The position numbers were made by a program, and so were the translations under genes. Shown one piece after another: positions 24,515 to 37,542 of a stretch of 64,000 nt of DNA (positions are counted from its first letter, which is position 1; each line of letters opens with the position of its first letter). A model generated the notes under the pieces. The model had not been told where the DNA came from, searched no databases, and saw only the letters and a list, made by a program, of their open reading frames with translations. The DNA is taken from NCBI GenBank assembly GCA_002633005.1, contig NMRA01000020.1:621522-685521 (forward strand). Direction: 5' to 3'. Source of the stretch: Phoronis australis (lineage: Eukaryota > Animalia > Phoronida).

Positions 24515-24635
24515 TAAAATGGAGCCGAGGAGTTAGAGACCTGACTCGAGGGTCTAGCAGTGTACCCCAGTGAGTCTTGCACCCACGACTTTCAGTTAAA
24601 GAAGTAGGCACTTATCCTATAAAGCCACTCTGCCT
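24515..24635 (-). mobile_element. Degenerate tRNA-derived SINE head
   Basis: Minus strand reads AGTGGCTTTATAGGATAAG...GTCGTGGGTGCAAGACTCACT, with A-box/B-box-like spacing but no intact cloverleaf. Confidence 0.35.
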
Positions 24636-24677
24636 CTTGTCCTACAAAACCTTATATCAACCGCAAAATCTTATCAC

Positions 24678-24826
24678 CAGGGGTGGATCCAGGATTTTTA
24701 GTTAGGGGGGGCATGGCAGAGTATTAGTCAGGATTTTGCCTGTCAGACATTCGCACCCCCCATCTGACAAATGTAAACTGGGAGAATTTTAGGGGGGCCA
24801 TGGCCCCCCTCTAAATCCGCCACTGA
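24678..24826. mobile_element. Short MITE family (CAGGGG(T/C)GGATCCAG...TAAATCCGCCACTG); other copies at 54042-54215 and 55630-55685
   Basis: Three recognisable copies in both orientations with GC-rich terminal inverted motifs. Confidence 0.7.
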
Positions 24827-26239
24827 TCACATCAACCTGATCCTGTTCTTAACTTGAGATTGTTGTTTTAGCTGGTGGAATAGATGATGGACCGTTTTGT
24901 AGTGTGGGGTACTTGAATGTTTTTGTGGCTAGGATTCCCGTTTCCCTGTCGCTCTCCTGTGTGTTGGGATGAGCTTGTCTATGTATGCTCAATCCACCTC
25001 TATAGAAAATTACGTGGTGGGAAGTTTCTTAGTAGTTTTTTTAGCTAATGCAATGTAGTTGAAGGCTGCAGTCATCCAGCACAGTTGACTCCTGCAGCTT
25101 TGCTTGTTAAAGTTTACTAATTGTTTATTGTGGTCAGTTGTTGGACAGGAGCTTGTTTGGGATGCTGAGTCCTGCTGTCAGACCAATTATAAAATGAGGG
25201 ACTAAGTGTTGAAAGTTTTTAAATTTAATTTTGTACTTTTTGGTTCAATAATTTGATTTTTTATTTTATTTGGTACATTTTATACTTTTCTAATTAATTG
25301 GAGTTTTTGTTGTAATTATTATGTTAATTTTCAGCTTGTTGTTATTCTGATCATGATGCCATTTTCCAATCCACCGGTGACTTAAATCATGGACACATCT
25401 TGAAAATTAGCCTATTGTCTCTGCATGATTCCCTGTGCATGGAAAGAAATGTCCCATTCCTACAGATTAGTGACTATTGCTTGACCTTTTCTTGCCCATT
25501 TGGAACACGTAATACAGTAACTGTGAATGACCACTATTTCTAGACGTTTCTGTGTAGGGTTAGTTTACCAGTGAATAGATCCAGATTATTTAGCTTAAGG
25601 CTGCATTCCGTCTTGGTTTAGCTGTCGATGTTGAATTCTTAACCAAAGCACTTTGTGGTTTTAAAACATTGCCGTGCTCATCTGAGTTATTGACCAATAA
25701 ATCTCTGAAGCATTTTTTGAGGCACTGATGGTTTCGATGTTCTTGTTGGTAATGGATGTAGAATCGTGTTTTGGCAAGAAGTATGAGACTGAATTTATGA
25801 CAGTTAAATGTTCCACAGGGTGTAATGCAGCTTTAAAATAGGAAAGAGTTACATCACCTGGAGGAAAGCCAATGAGTTTGGTGTTGGTTTTTGACTAGCA
25901 TACAAATTCCTCGTTTTCTTTAAGACATTTTGCCACTGTTAATTACTGTTCGCCTCGCCCTAATAACTGTGTAGTATACTTAGTGAAGCGACATTAACGG
26001 CTTAGTGAAAAGTCCTCGTCTTGTTTCTGCATTTTCTGGCATTGACTAAAACAAAATGGCCATCTCAGTGTTTAAAAATAGCGTTGCACTCCGGTTTCGT
26101 GTGTCAGTGCTGTACCCCAGTACAAAAACGTTAATTACCGATATTCTACCTCCATTTGCCCCTCTATGTACCGAATCGCTAAACGAATCGTGAAAATTGG
26201 GAAATGTGTTCTTACTGACTGTAGCAAGACTGACATTCA

Positions 26240-26652
26240 TTGATTTTCAGATGTTTCTGACTTCTGTGGTGCCCCCTACTGTCATTTTGTTATGCACCTG
26301 CGACTGTATCTCCTAAACCCCTTGTAGGATTTTTGTGAAATTTGACAAAATGCATCTCTATGAACGTGACAACGTATGACCACTTCTCTCGAATGAATGT
26401 GACTACCACTGTGCCTCCTGGTGATAGTTTTATTTTTTTACAGTTGCCTTTACAACTTCAAAGTTCATAGACAGATTTTCATGAAATTTAACAAACGCAA
26501 TAGATTTCCATAACAAATATGACGGTGCCTTTCCATTTTCAGACGAGCTCTATGTATTGTGCGCCATCCAGTGACCATTTTTTGTAATAAACACCTGGGT
26601 TGCATTTGTTTTGCAGTCGTGAATGCATTTCAACGCTTAAGATTGCTCTTCT
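26240..26652 (+). mobile_element. 3' part of a HINE/DINE-like copy
   Basis: Ends GCATTTCAACGCTTAAGATTGCTCTT, matching the family 3' end at 16828-16853. Confidence 0.5.
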
Positions 26653-28000
26653 GCTAGAAACAAAATTTTGAAAGGAACAGGTTACTGATAATAAGTGGAG
26701 GTGCAAATGTCATTGGAGAATTGAATTATTAGTTGAGATAACACCAACATTGACTTTCTTCTCGAAGTGCTGTTCCCTATGGTTACAAAAGACTTTGAGA
26801 CTACCTGTGTCAGCATCTTGTCTATAATGTCTGGCCCCACTTTTGATCTGTGGACAAAATTTGCTAGATATTGGCTGATCAGTGAAGTAAGACCATAAAA
26901 CGTGAATGGCTTTAAAGACTAATATAATCATATAATGAGTAATTTGATAATTGTACAGTGTGCAAAAACTTTCTTAGTGGACATATTGCTCAGTGCAAAA
27001 CTAAGAGAGAAAATAATTTATTTTTTCAAAGAAGCAACTGGATTTCCAGTATCATTACTGAGAAATGCTATGATCGAAAAGGTCGAAAATTATCTAAAAA
27101 GTGGCGCATGTCAGCTGAGCAAGTGACAGAAAATTTTTTTGGCTAAATAGTTTTTCATAAGGTTTCCTAATTTCAACCACTAGATGTTGTTCAATTTAAA
27201 AAAAAAAATGTCGCTATACCTGCGTTCCACCCACGAAGCAAAATTGTGACTTGGATCAGTTGCCGCTATGAAAAGGGTGTTGATTAGATCCTTACTGGTA
27301 TGACAAGCAATTTCTTAATTAGCAAAGAACTGACCAGATGATATTTGCTGAGACCATGCTCAGCACAATATGACACGTCGTGCCGAGCCAACCCATAGAG
27401 CCTGATGTCTAGCAGTCAAGAGACTGTCAAGTCTTTTGAAACGCTGGAATCATTTGCAAATTGATTAGCAATGGGAACAATTTGGCTTTACAAGTTGGCT
27501 TGTCGCGGTGTGCTATTTTATGCTCCAACCTTTGTTTCATGGAAACCCATAAATATCACTTCTTATCTGAGTACGGAGTTGTGACAGAATGCATGTTTAA
27601 ATCACAGGATCACTTATGGCAACATGCCTGCATTCCAGCCCAAAAAAAAAACAGCTTGATTTAGACCATCAGAATGGAAAGACTTGATCGGTGTTTATTG
27701 CTCGAGACCAGCCTTGATAATTTCGCTTGGAGGGTGGAACACAGATTTACGGCTGCTTTAACTGCTAGCTGTTAAGTGAAGCTGATGCACTGTGCTTTTA
27801 CCAAGAGTTTGTGAAAACATATACGACAAATGCATCGGGATGATTTCAGTTGTGCAGCTTTACCCATGGCAAAATAGTGTCGGTTTTTGACAGTCCACCA
27901 ACCATGATTTTACTGACAGTGGTGAACATCTATTGACCATGTTCTCCCTGTTGTTAGAACTCATGTTTCTGATGTCTGACCCATATTCATCTTTTTGCAG

Positions 28001-28079
28001 ACTCTTACAATAATGCACACTAACTCCAAGCAGTGTCTCGACACACCCAAACCAAATGAACCTAATGTGCCATCTCTTG
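28001..28079 (+). CDS. GALNT1: GalNAc-T exon E12, lectin gamma repeat (TLTIMHTNSKQCLDTPKPNEPNVPSL)
   Basis: tttttgcag acceptor, G|GTGAGT donor; H.NS.QCLD motif; phase 0->1. Confidence 0.93.
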
Positions 28080-28685
28080 GTGAGTTTTAAAACTACTAGG
28101 TCACTGAATACTATGCCAGTGTCCATATCATGTATTGAATTTTTTACACTGCCAGGACTTAATAGTTGATGTGTTCTATGCTTATCATAAATGTCTTTTA
28201 AAACAAAAAATGCGGAGTCCCAGATGAACAAATTGGTAAATGATTGAAGGGTCATAAGTTGGTTGAACTGCTGTCATTGAGTTTAAAGTGAAGGTGTGTA
28301 CAGCATATCCAAGGGTCACAGCTAGTTTATTGGAACACAGTGCATTTCATTGTCAAGTCTTGTTCCTATTTAATTCTGCACTTGTTTTAATAATTGAGGC
28401 ACTGATTAAAAATGAGGCAAGTTTTCTTTAAATTTTTTTCGTTGTTTTTTGTGGTGGTGGGACATTTTTGAGATGTTGAATTGTTTCAAATGTTTTTCAT
28501 TTTTGTTAAACTGCAGAGTCATTAGCCCCAAAAGTATTAAGTCTTATTTTAAGCTACAGTGACAGCTGTTATTGTCATGATGTTAAAATTGAAACACCCG
28601 GCTCACGTTTGTGTATGAAATTAAAGTATTCTCATCTTCTGTTGACTTTTAACTGTTTTTCACTCATCCAAGACATTTTTTCCAG

Positions 28686-28750
28686 GACCCTGCAATGGAA
28701 GCCCATCACAGCAGTGGATCTTGTCCGACATGGACTGGAACAAGATGTAG
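28686..28750 (+). CDS. GALNT1: GalNAc-T terminal coding exon E13 (GPCNGSPSQQWILSDMDWNKM*)
   Basis: tttttccag acceptor; phase matches E12; C.GS.SQQW motif; TAG at 28748-28750. Confidence 0.92.
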
Positions 28751-31700
28751 TTGATAGCATTGCCATTGGGTCTTAGTGTTTATTCTTGGAACATTTAATG
28801 AATTATTGGTTTAAGCTTTCTCTGGCCAAGGATTGCAGAAGTGGTTGGGAAAGCACAACTCTTAAGCTTCATGAACAAAGGTGTGTCAAGTGCTATGTTT
28901 GTAAGTTGTCAATTTCTACTTAATGATCCACGTAGCTGACAATTGTGATTTAAGATGTGTAATAAGCAGGCTAGGCAAAAATTCTTTGTTTGACTTAATA
29001 TAGTGTCTGTCAGTGGCTGAAGACTGAATGGGTGACCTTCAGAAAGCAGTTGGGGCTCATCACTGTGTACTAGTGACTGGCTGTAGCTGGAGGGGGAAAG
29101 TCCCTTTCACAATGTATGGGATTAGATGTGATGGGTTTTAAGTAGAAACTATAAAATGTCTCCTCGTCCGCTAGTTGCCACTGGTATCCAGCCCCATCTG
29201 ATCATTCGGCATGCTGATATTTGAAAGTCTCCCATAAAGGTTTTGTGCTTCGGGGGGAAAAGTGCTGTAGTTTCTTTTGTAATCGCCATGTGAATTGAGT
29301 GTGGTAATCAAGCTTTGTCTCTTAGTCTTGTAGTCACCAGTACTTTGGGACATGAGCGATGAATGCATCTGGAAGTGAGTTCTTCTAAAGCTGATGTAGT
29401 GGACTGTAAATTGTATGTACCTGCCTTTGCTTTCAAGCCAGTGCGTATTAGAGGATATCTCAATGGTTGAATATACCACATCTCTTGTTGTATAGATTTG
29501 TTTTGTATTCTGAATACAGACAGTTGTACTTAAGTTGATTTTGGTTGAGGGGTTGTGTTTATTGTTAGGCTCAGTTGACATGAGCCATCCTTACCTCGCT
29601 CATGGATTGTTCTTCAGTGTGGTTTTTACCAAAAGAAATGGCCTTGTAGTTAGGTAATAGAATCCCAACTTGACCGTCACAGTACTGTAGAGTTCTGCAC
29701 TTTGATGTACTACAGTATTTTGCACTTTACTTTACTGCACTGTTATGTACTTTATTAGTGGGCTGTGTGGCACTTGTGCATTTTCTGGGGGCGTTTCCTC
29801 ACAAAAACAGTGTTGGCGTGTAGATTGAGTATTGTTTTGGTACTCATTTTAAGATGTCTGGGGAGTTATTGTACTCTTGACTGGTTGGAATACATCTCGT
29901 CATTTATACTATTTGGACATTGACGTTGTCAGTGCTGTCTTGTCCTTGGGCTATGCAAGAATCCTAGTTTTGGATTCGCACTAGGCACTGCACACCATGT
30001 TTTGCTTCAAGACATGGTTTTGTTAGAGGCAAAAGTTACAGATCGAGTTGATGTTACGTGCCATCTCCAATCTTTGGTGTCTCCCTATTGGCAGCACTGA
30101 CCTAGTACCTCTATTCGTAATCTCTAGCAAAATTGTATTTGACTGTTAGTGAGTTAAATGATGTTCCATTGTGTGTGTGAGAGAGAAAATTGCTGCTTTT
30201 TACTTGAAGTCACTGGCTGTAGTAGGTTGTTGTAGTTACTGGTACAGAGCAGTTGGTGAACATGGAGGATTGTTGAGCTGTGTTCACGTTACGAGTTGTC
30301 TAGATACAGCAACACGGTGATTAACTGATCTGGCGCAAGTGATTGTCTGGACGAAAATTAATTTGCGGATGCAGCTTGAGAGTGATGCGTCAGTTTACCC
30401 CACCCTTTCAAGGTGGTCACCGGACACCCTGCCATGTTGTTTCATGGCATGCTGTGGAGATAACAGTGTGAACCAAGAATAGTTGGCAGCTTGTACCACT
30501 TCATCCACAATTTCCTTTCCCAACACCACAGGTGAGCAGAGCCACTTGTTAAGACTTTAGCCCAGTCTCTGATGGTGTCCGTGTGATCCATGTGCAGCAC
30601 AGTCAAGTTGCGCCAGGTCAATTTGCTGCTTAGACACTTCATCGGGTATTTCCGATGCCATTTTACTTAAACGCTTGAATAAGACTTACCTACTTGTATT
30701 AAATATAGCAGTGAATAGTTGTTTTGTCAAATAGAATTGAAGCAACGGTCAATAGTAGATTGCTGGTATAGTTGAAGTACTGTTGATTGAAATGTGGTAG
30801 TCCATCCGTACACATACACTAGTGCCGTGATGCAGTACTATGTCATTGTATATTATATATACACAGGCAGTTGGGGTGATCATAATTTATTATGAAAGAT
30901 TTTTGTATGAATTTGTGTCAGCCATTTCTATGAATTCGTGTTAACGGTATGAGATGATGTAAATGGTTGGTAAGAATTCATACAAATAGTCGATATAATT
31001 TTTCACGCAGTTTGTTTTAAATCATAATTTATATGATTTGGTATCACTGAGCATCGATAAATGAACAAAAGAGGTTTTCCGTGATTGATGCCATGAATGT
31101 TCATTTATCACCAACCTGATATGAATTCATATCAATTAAAATGGGGGTGGGATAGTTGTGGTAGAATAGGTATGAATTATGGTATTTTGAGCACCTGTGA
31201 GTTGAACTGGACCGAAATTACCCAGAGGTGTATCTAAGGTTACTTGCCACATGTGCCTGAGGTCGTTAGTTGAGGCAGCCACTACTGGGCCTGGGGTCTC
31301 ATTTTTGAACTCGAAATTGTTGTTGGCATTTTCCGATCTACTTAAGCACAAGTTCAACCTATCTGTCTACAATTCTATGCTCCCATAAGTTAAAGTAGCT
31401 CAAATCTAGCAAACTTGCACTCGTCTGTGTAAACCCTGATGAACTGAAGCAAGGAAAACTAGATATTTAGCTTGAGTTTCTGTTTAGGTAAGACAGAAAA
31501 TATATGATTTCGAGTTCTGAGATAATACCCTGGGCCCTGGTCGTTCTTAGGGCAATATTACACCAAGTGGAAAATGTTGGCAAAAGTAATTTTGACATTG
31601 TTTGCCATATGTGTATATATAGTTGATGTGGGGGTAACTGCAATTCAGTCTTATGACATTGTATGTAAATATTTTTGGTTATTGTGTGTAAGTCTTGGAC

Positions 31701-31959
31701 CAGATTTGAAGTGACTCTAGGTGCTTGTGAGCTTTAATGGTCAAGGTTTAGTGCTTTTGGATTATGGTAAGCACGAGAATATAGATTTGGCTCTCAAATC
31801 CATAAGGAACCTGCAGCGTGTAAATCAGAATTATCCAGGAGGATATATTTATATAATACAGTGGGTAATACTGGATGTTGCGCATTTCGTGCAGGAAAAA
31901 TGGGATACAGTTACTGTGCATCGTTTGTACATTAAGTGGAGGAAATTGTTAGTTTTGTC

Positions 31960-31965
31960 AATAAA
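31960..31965 (+). terminator. Candidate polyadenylation signal of the GalNAc-T gene (implies ~3.2 kb 3'UTR)
   Basis: AATAAA followed by T/GT-rich sequence, where GT-rich UTR-like composition gives way to TE-like sequence. The actual cleavage site is unverified. Confidence 0.45.
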
Positions 31966-33271
31966 AGTAAAAATTGTGCATTTCACTGCTTTCTTTGCCT
32001 ATTTGTAGTAAAAACGACTTATTTTCTGTGGTATTTTTTTTTGAGCTCAAACCTTTTAAACTTTAAGTGTTAGTCATAACATACACAAACAAACTAATAA
32101 CCAAATTAATGTTCATGTCTAGCCTCTTTAAAAGTACTCACCGACGTTCCCTTTCTACTTAGTCCTCTGAGAGCACTAGACAGATAAAAATGTCCTCTCT
32201 CCGGAAGTGCTCGCCATTTGCTGCCGTCAGTGTTGTATTGTTAGCCGAAGCTGTTTGGACATTAAAAGTACTATCGCGCATCCGACCGTTAATTGTTTCT
32301 GAATGAGCCAGCATTTCGTATGGTGCAAGCAGTGCGTACATTTCCCATTCCGCAATTCTAGCGTCAGCCAATTCCTTTAAAATCTGAAGCGTTTTCTCGA
32401 GTCTGAGTGTTCTTGTTGGCGACGCACTCAGAATCCTGTCACGGTAATTAGTACTGTTAGATGGTTGCATGAGGATAACAACAGCTCAATTCGAATTTTG
32501 TTTTTTTTGGCCTTGTAAACGGGGCGAAATACAACTTTAAACACTGTGACTACTAGAATCGACCAAAAATAGTCGAAGGTGCATTTTTACTGGAAAATGT
32601 GTCTGTTTGCTCCCTAACATCAATTTCTTAGAGATTGTTCTAAAACCCCACGACCCATTCTACATAAGCTCGACTCCATCTGAACATAGAACAAGCGCTG
32701 ACTTGCAGGACCAACGAGTTGGGCCGTGAGCTCGACCGGCTGGCATTTCCCTTTTTTGCTATTAAGAGAGTCGAATTGGAAAATTTGAAAGCCAAAAACA
32801 AAACAAAAAAAAACGCGACAAAATCAAATAATGACCTACAAACGTTACAAGTATGTTCCCGGCATTACATGTATGTAATCGTCTCCTCTGCTCTTCAGTG
32901 GATGTCAACTTAAAGCTTTTTTGGCGGGAGAGTGCGAGGAGCCGACGAATATGTAATTTTTCAGTAAACACAGTTTGAAAAAACAAAAGGTTAACTAAAA
33001 AGTACGTCAACGTTATATGGAATATATTGTAAACGAATATACAACAGAAAGCAAATAATAAAAATGCAAAATTATGTCCATTCACGTTAACTTTCACCCT
33101 AAGTTTAGTAGAGCAGGGCCATTGGTAGCCGCTTACCGTGGAACTATTTCCATGACGACGCTAGCACGCTCACAATTCGCTACTTCAGATCATGTTCTGA
33201 CGCAACTTTATGTTTCAAATCACCAGACTATAGCAAGAGCAGATTCGCGTGTAGGTAAGTCTTATGGGTAA

Positions 33272-34737
33272 GTCATCAGGTGGACGAGCACACCGACTGG
33301 TGTTCCAGTCTCGTATACAGCACGAAAAAAGTCGGGTCACTTAGCGTCTGCATCGCCCCCCAGAAGCTTAACAAGAGTCTGAAGCGCTGTCCACAAAAGA
33401 CACCGACCCTGGAAGAGTTGAATACAGAGTTTGCGGAAGCGAAGTTCTTCAGCAAACTCGACGCGAAGATTGGATACTGGTCTGTTCACCTCTATAAACA
33501 ATCCCAAGTCTTGACCACCTGCCATACCCCATTTGGCAGAGTATGTTGGACCCGACTTCCATTTGGCCTCAACGTGTATAAAGACATCTTGCAGACAGGA
33601 CTGGACCAAATTATCGAAGGGCTCAGTGGTGTTGTCAACATGTGGCAGTATTTGGTGCCAACGAAGAAAAGCATGATCGCAACCTACGTTGTCTCATGGA
33701 AGGATCTGCTCAAACTGGCCCAATATCAAGCTGCTTAGCATTTCCTTCTTCGGCAACTTGTACACAGACTCCGGAAACAAACCTGATCCTACCAAGATCA
33801 GAGACATCCTGAAGATGCCTGCACCTCAGAACAAGGAAGCCCTGCAACGTTACGTGGGCATGCTAAACCACCTTTCTCAGTACATTCCCCAATTTGCAGA
33901 CAAGGCTCTTACACTGCGCAACTTTCTGAAATTGGAAACACTCTGGGTGTGGGACGAATCATATCAGTATTGTTACGACGAACTCAAGAATCCAGTCTCA
34001 ACTTATTGCCAGCTGAGTTGTCTTACTACGACCCACGAAAGGCAATTACACTCGAGGTTGACGCGTCTCAGGAAGCGTTAGGTGTGGCACTTATTCAATA
34101 TGGCAAAGCCAGTCGCATCCGGATCTAAGACACTAGGATACTCAAAATATCGAACGAGAAATTTTAGCCATTCTATATGCCGTACAGAGGTATCACACCA
34201 ACCTGTATGGAACATATCATTCCTCGTCATAACTGACCATAAGCCGGTGGCCAGTATATATTTCAAGCCGCTCCACTCAACACCACCACTCACTACAGAA
34301 GATGTTACTGCAGATAAAAGGATATAACTTTCAACTAATCAACAGAACATGTAGCCAGATAACGTAAGCCGATACCAGGAGTAGACTACCAAACCCTGAA
34401 AACGGTGAAGCAATCGAGCAAGACAAGGTACGTATTGATGGTGTCAACGTCAACTTTGACAATCCCCTTGACATCGAAATTAATAGCCATCATAAAAACT
34501 TCTCTGACCGGAAAAGAGAGCCACTTAAAGCGGATACCACCCAAGACTCCATGCTCAAACTGTCTATCAAGGATGGGCTGACAGTGTGAGGGACGTAGTT
34601 AACTTGAAGCAGGCACGTCCATTCTGGGCCTTCAGAGATGAGCTAGCTGTCGAAACCAGAATCCTGTTTATAGCAAGACAAGTCCTGATACCCGAACAGA
34701 TGAGAGACGGTATCCAACGACAACTCCACGATGGGAA
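33272..34737 (+). mobile_element. Ty3/Gypsy pol remnant (RT, RNase H, start of integrase), frameshifted
   Basis: FSKLDAKIGYW, TPFGR...RLPFGL, EVDAS and TDHKP motifs. The RT DD motif is lost by a small deletion near 33640; multiple stops. Confidence 0.9.
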
Positions 34738-37135
34738 CATAACGCTAAACCCTCGTGAGAGACTGCCCCGAGTTGGCTGCTGGAGCAACTCGGGGCGGTC
34801 TGGGATCAAGCGGAAAAACCACAGGGGTAGATCTGTGGTCGACGAATCTATTCGGTCGATTACATTTTATTGCCCGTGAAGCCGCTAAGGGCTGCCTGAA
34901 GAAATATGACTCGCGCGTTTGTATTTCGCCTTTTTCAATGACATGTAAAAGATTCATCAACAAATTCCTCGTAAAAGTCTGAAAACAAGCGTTTTTCTCC
35001 CACGAAAATCGATGAAGTTTTGGCCGAGATATTTCACTTTCGGGTAGCCCTGCACACTCAGAGAATCGTCACACAAGATTACTACGCGGCAATGCGGTTT
35101 CACTGTCAACAAAGGAAGACGTCAAAATCGACTTATAATTGTCATTTTAAACTATTTGCATGTTAAATTGTCAAAATGTAAGTAAACTCGTACTCTATAT
35201 TTAAACAAGAAAACAGCAATTTCATTTTGATGAACATGTCTATAAGGACCTAACTCGCGCATGGTGGTGAGTAGTGAGTCCGGCCAACACGTGAGGATGG
35301 CTGTGTTGTTGTGTTTGCTCTCAACTCAAAAGTAGCCGTTTCAAAATGCAAGATGGACAGAAAATGCAGGCAGTTGACGAAAACGGCCATTGGAAGGAAG
35401 CAATTGAGCGGGGAGTAAATGACAGCGCTGGTAATTCACGTCGGTTTTCCTGGATGGCCGTCTGAGTTTGACCAGCTCGTCGAGCCGTGATTCGTGAGAC
35501 GCTGAGCCGATCGACTACGTCGGGCTCGGTACCTGGACCTGGTGAAGAAAAACGTAAGTATTTTTTGTCATCCCTTATGCTCGCATGATGCTGTTGGCTG
35601 TATAGATAAAGTATACCGTGTTTGCGTGGGATTTTGTGTTCATGAAATTACAGACTATNNNNNNNNNNNNNNNNNNNNNNNNNNNNNNNNNNNNNNNNNN
35701 NNNNNNNNNNNNNNNNNNNNNNNNNNNNNNNNNNNNNNNNNNNNNNNNNNNNNNNNNNNNNNNNNNNNNNNNNNNNNNNNNNNNNNNNNNNNNNNNNNNN
35801 NNNNNNNNNNNNNNNNNNNNNNNNNNNNNNNNNNNNNNNNNNNNNNNNNNNNNNNNNNNNNNNNNNNNNNNNNNNNNNNNNNNNNNNNNNNNNNNNNNNN
35901 NNNNNNNNNNNNNNNNNNNNNNNNNNNNNNNNNNNNNNNNNNNNNNNNNNNNNNNNNNNNNNNNNNNNNNNNNNNNNNNNNNNNNNNNNNNNNNNNNNNN
36001 NNNNNNNNNNNNNNNNNNNNNNNNNNNNNNNNNNNNNNNNNNNNNNNNNNNNNNNNNNNNNNNNNNNNNNNNNNNNNNNNNNNNNNNNNNNNNNNNNNNN
36101 NNNNNNNNNNNNNNNNNNNNNNNNNNNNNNNNNNNNNNNNNNNNNNNNNNNNNNNNNNNNNNNNNNNNNNNNNNNNNNNNNNNNNNNNNNNNNNNNNNNN
36201 NNNNNNNNNNNNNNNNNNNNNNNNNNNNNNNNNNNNNNNNNNNNNNNNNNNNNNNNNNNNNNNNNNNNNNNNNNNNNNNNNNNNNNNNNNNNNNNNNNNN
36301 NNNNNNNNNNNNNNNNNNNNNNNNNNNNNNNNNNNNNNNNNNNNNNNNNNNNNNNNNNNNNNNNNNNNNNNNNNNNNNNNNNNNNNNNNNNNNNNNNNNN
36401 NNNNNNNNNNNNNNNNNNNNNNNNNNNNNNNNNNNNNNNNNNNNNNNNNNNNNNNNNNNNNNNNNNNNNNNNNNNNNNNNNNNNNNNNNNNNNNNNNNNN
36501 NNNNNNNNNNNNNNNNNNNNNNNNNNNNNNNNNNNNNNNNNNNNNNNNNNNNNNNNNNNNNNNNNNNNNNNNNNNNNNNNNNNNNNNNNNNNNNNNNNNN
36601 NNNNNNNNNNNNNNNNNNNNCTTGACAGTTGCATTTATGTACACGTTGAAGCCTGGAGAATACAGACTTGATCAGGGCTTGGGATTTCCGTCTTTTAAGA
36701 GGAATTCTTTTTTTGGTGTCGATTTTCTCTGATTGGATTTCCAGTTTCCTCTTTTTATGATTTTTTCGACTTCATTAAATGTTTAGTTCAGGTAAATTTT
36801 ACATCCAAAAATGTCTATCACCCAAGCCTATTTTTTGTGTATCATACATCAGCTGGAAATTTCTCCGCTGTTTTTGTTATTGCTCATTCCAATGAGCTAT
36901 ACCAGGGTATAGCTAGCTATACCAGGGTATAGCTCATTGCTCATTCCAAGCTCTGCTTATTTTTCGTGAAGTAACTAGAATGGATTTCATAACATACCAG
37001 TTTATTGTACTGGATTCTTCTTGGGTTTATTAACTGTAAACTAACACTAATAGGAGCATAGGATAATAGCCACCCGTCTTAAGTTCGCACAAAAGTAGAG
37101 TACAAAATTCCAAACATAATTTCAAGTTCCAATTC

Positions 37136-37542
37136 CTGGGCCCGGTCTCTAATCTTTGTACTCGAAACGAACTCGAAACTATTTTTGGCAATTTCTCTGC
37201 TCCTTTTGTGCGAACTTAAGATAACTGGTTATCAGACTGTGCTCGAATACATTATAGTTTATGCATAGGAGGTTCTAGCTCAAGTTTGCCCATGAAGACC
37301 CTTGTATTCTTGCTACAAACTCGAGTAAAAAAATCGAAATTTCGAGTTCAAACTCGAACTTATTGCTTTAATATTGGGTTTACAAACTGTGAACTAGAGG
37401 CAATAAATTATCTACGTAAGTTATTGTATACTCGGCCATAGAATAATAGACTTTATCGTGAGTTCGCCCAAAAGTAGAGTAGAAAATGCCAAACCTAAAT
37501 TCGAGTTCCATTTCGAGTAAAAAGATTGGAGACCGGGCCCAG
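37136..37542. mobile_element. MITE (~405 bp) with ~32 bp TIRs; partial copies near 31285-31420 and 56080-56230
   Basis: CTGGGCCCGGTCTCTAATCTTTGTACTCGAAA vs TTTCGAGTAAAAAGATTGGAGACCGGGCCCAG. Confidence 0.8.

Noticed and set aside
24515-24635. Functional tRNA gene
   Set aside because: The B box and stems are degenerate and no cloverleaf can be drawn; at most a SINE head.
29171-29581. 136-aa minus-strand ORF
   Set aside because: Lies antisense in the presumed GALNT 3'UTR, with no motif or splice support.
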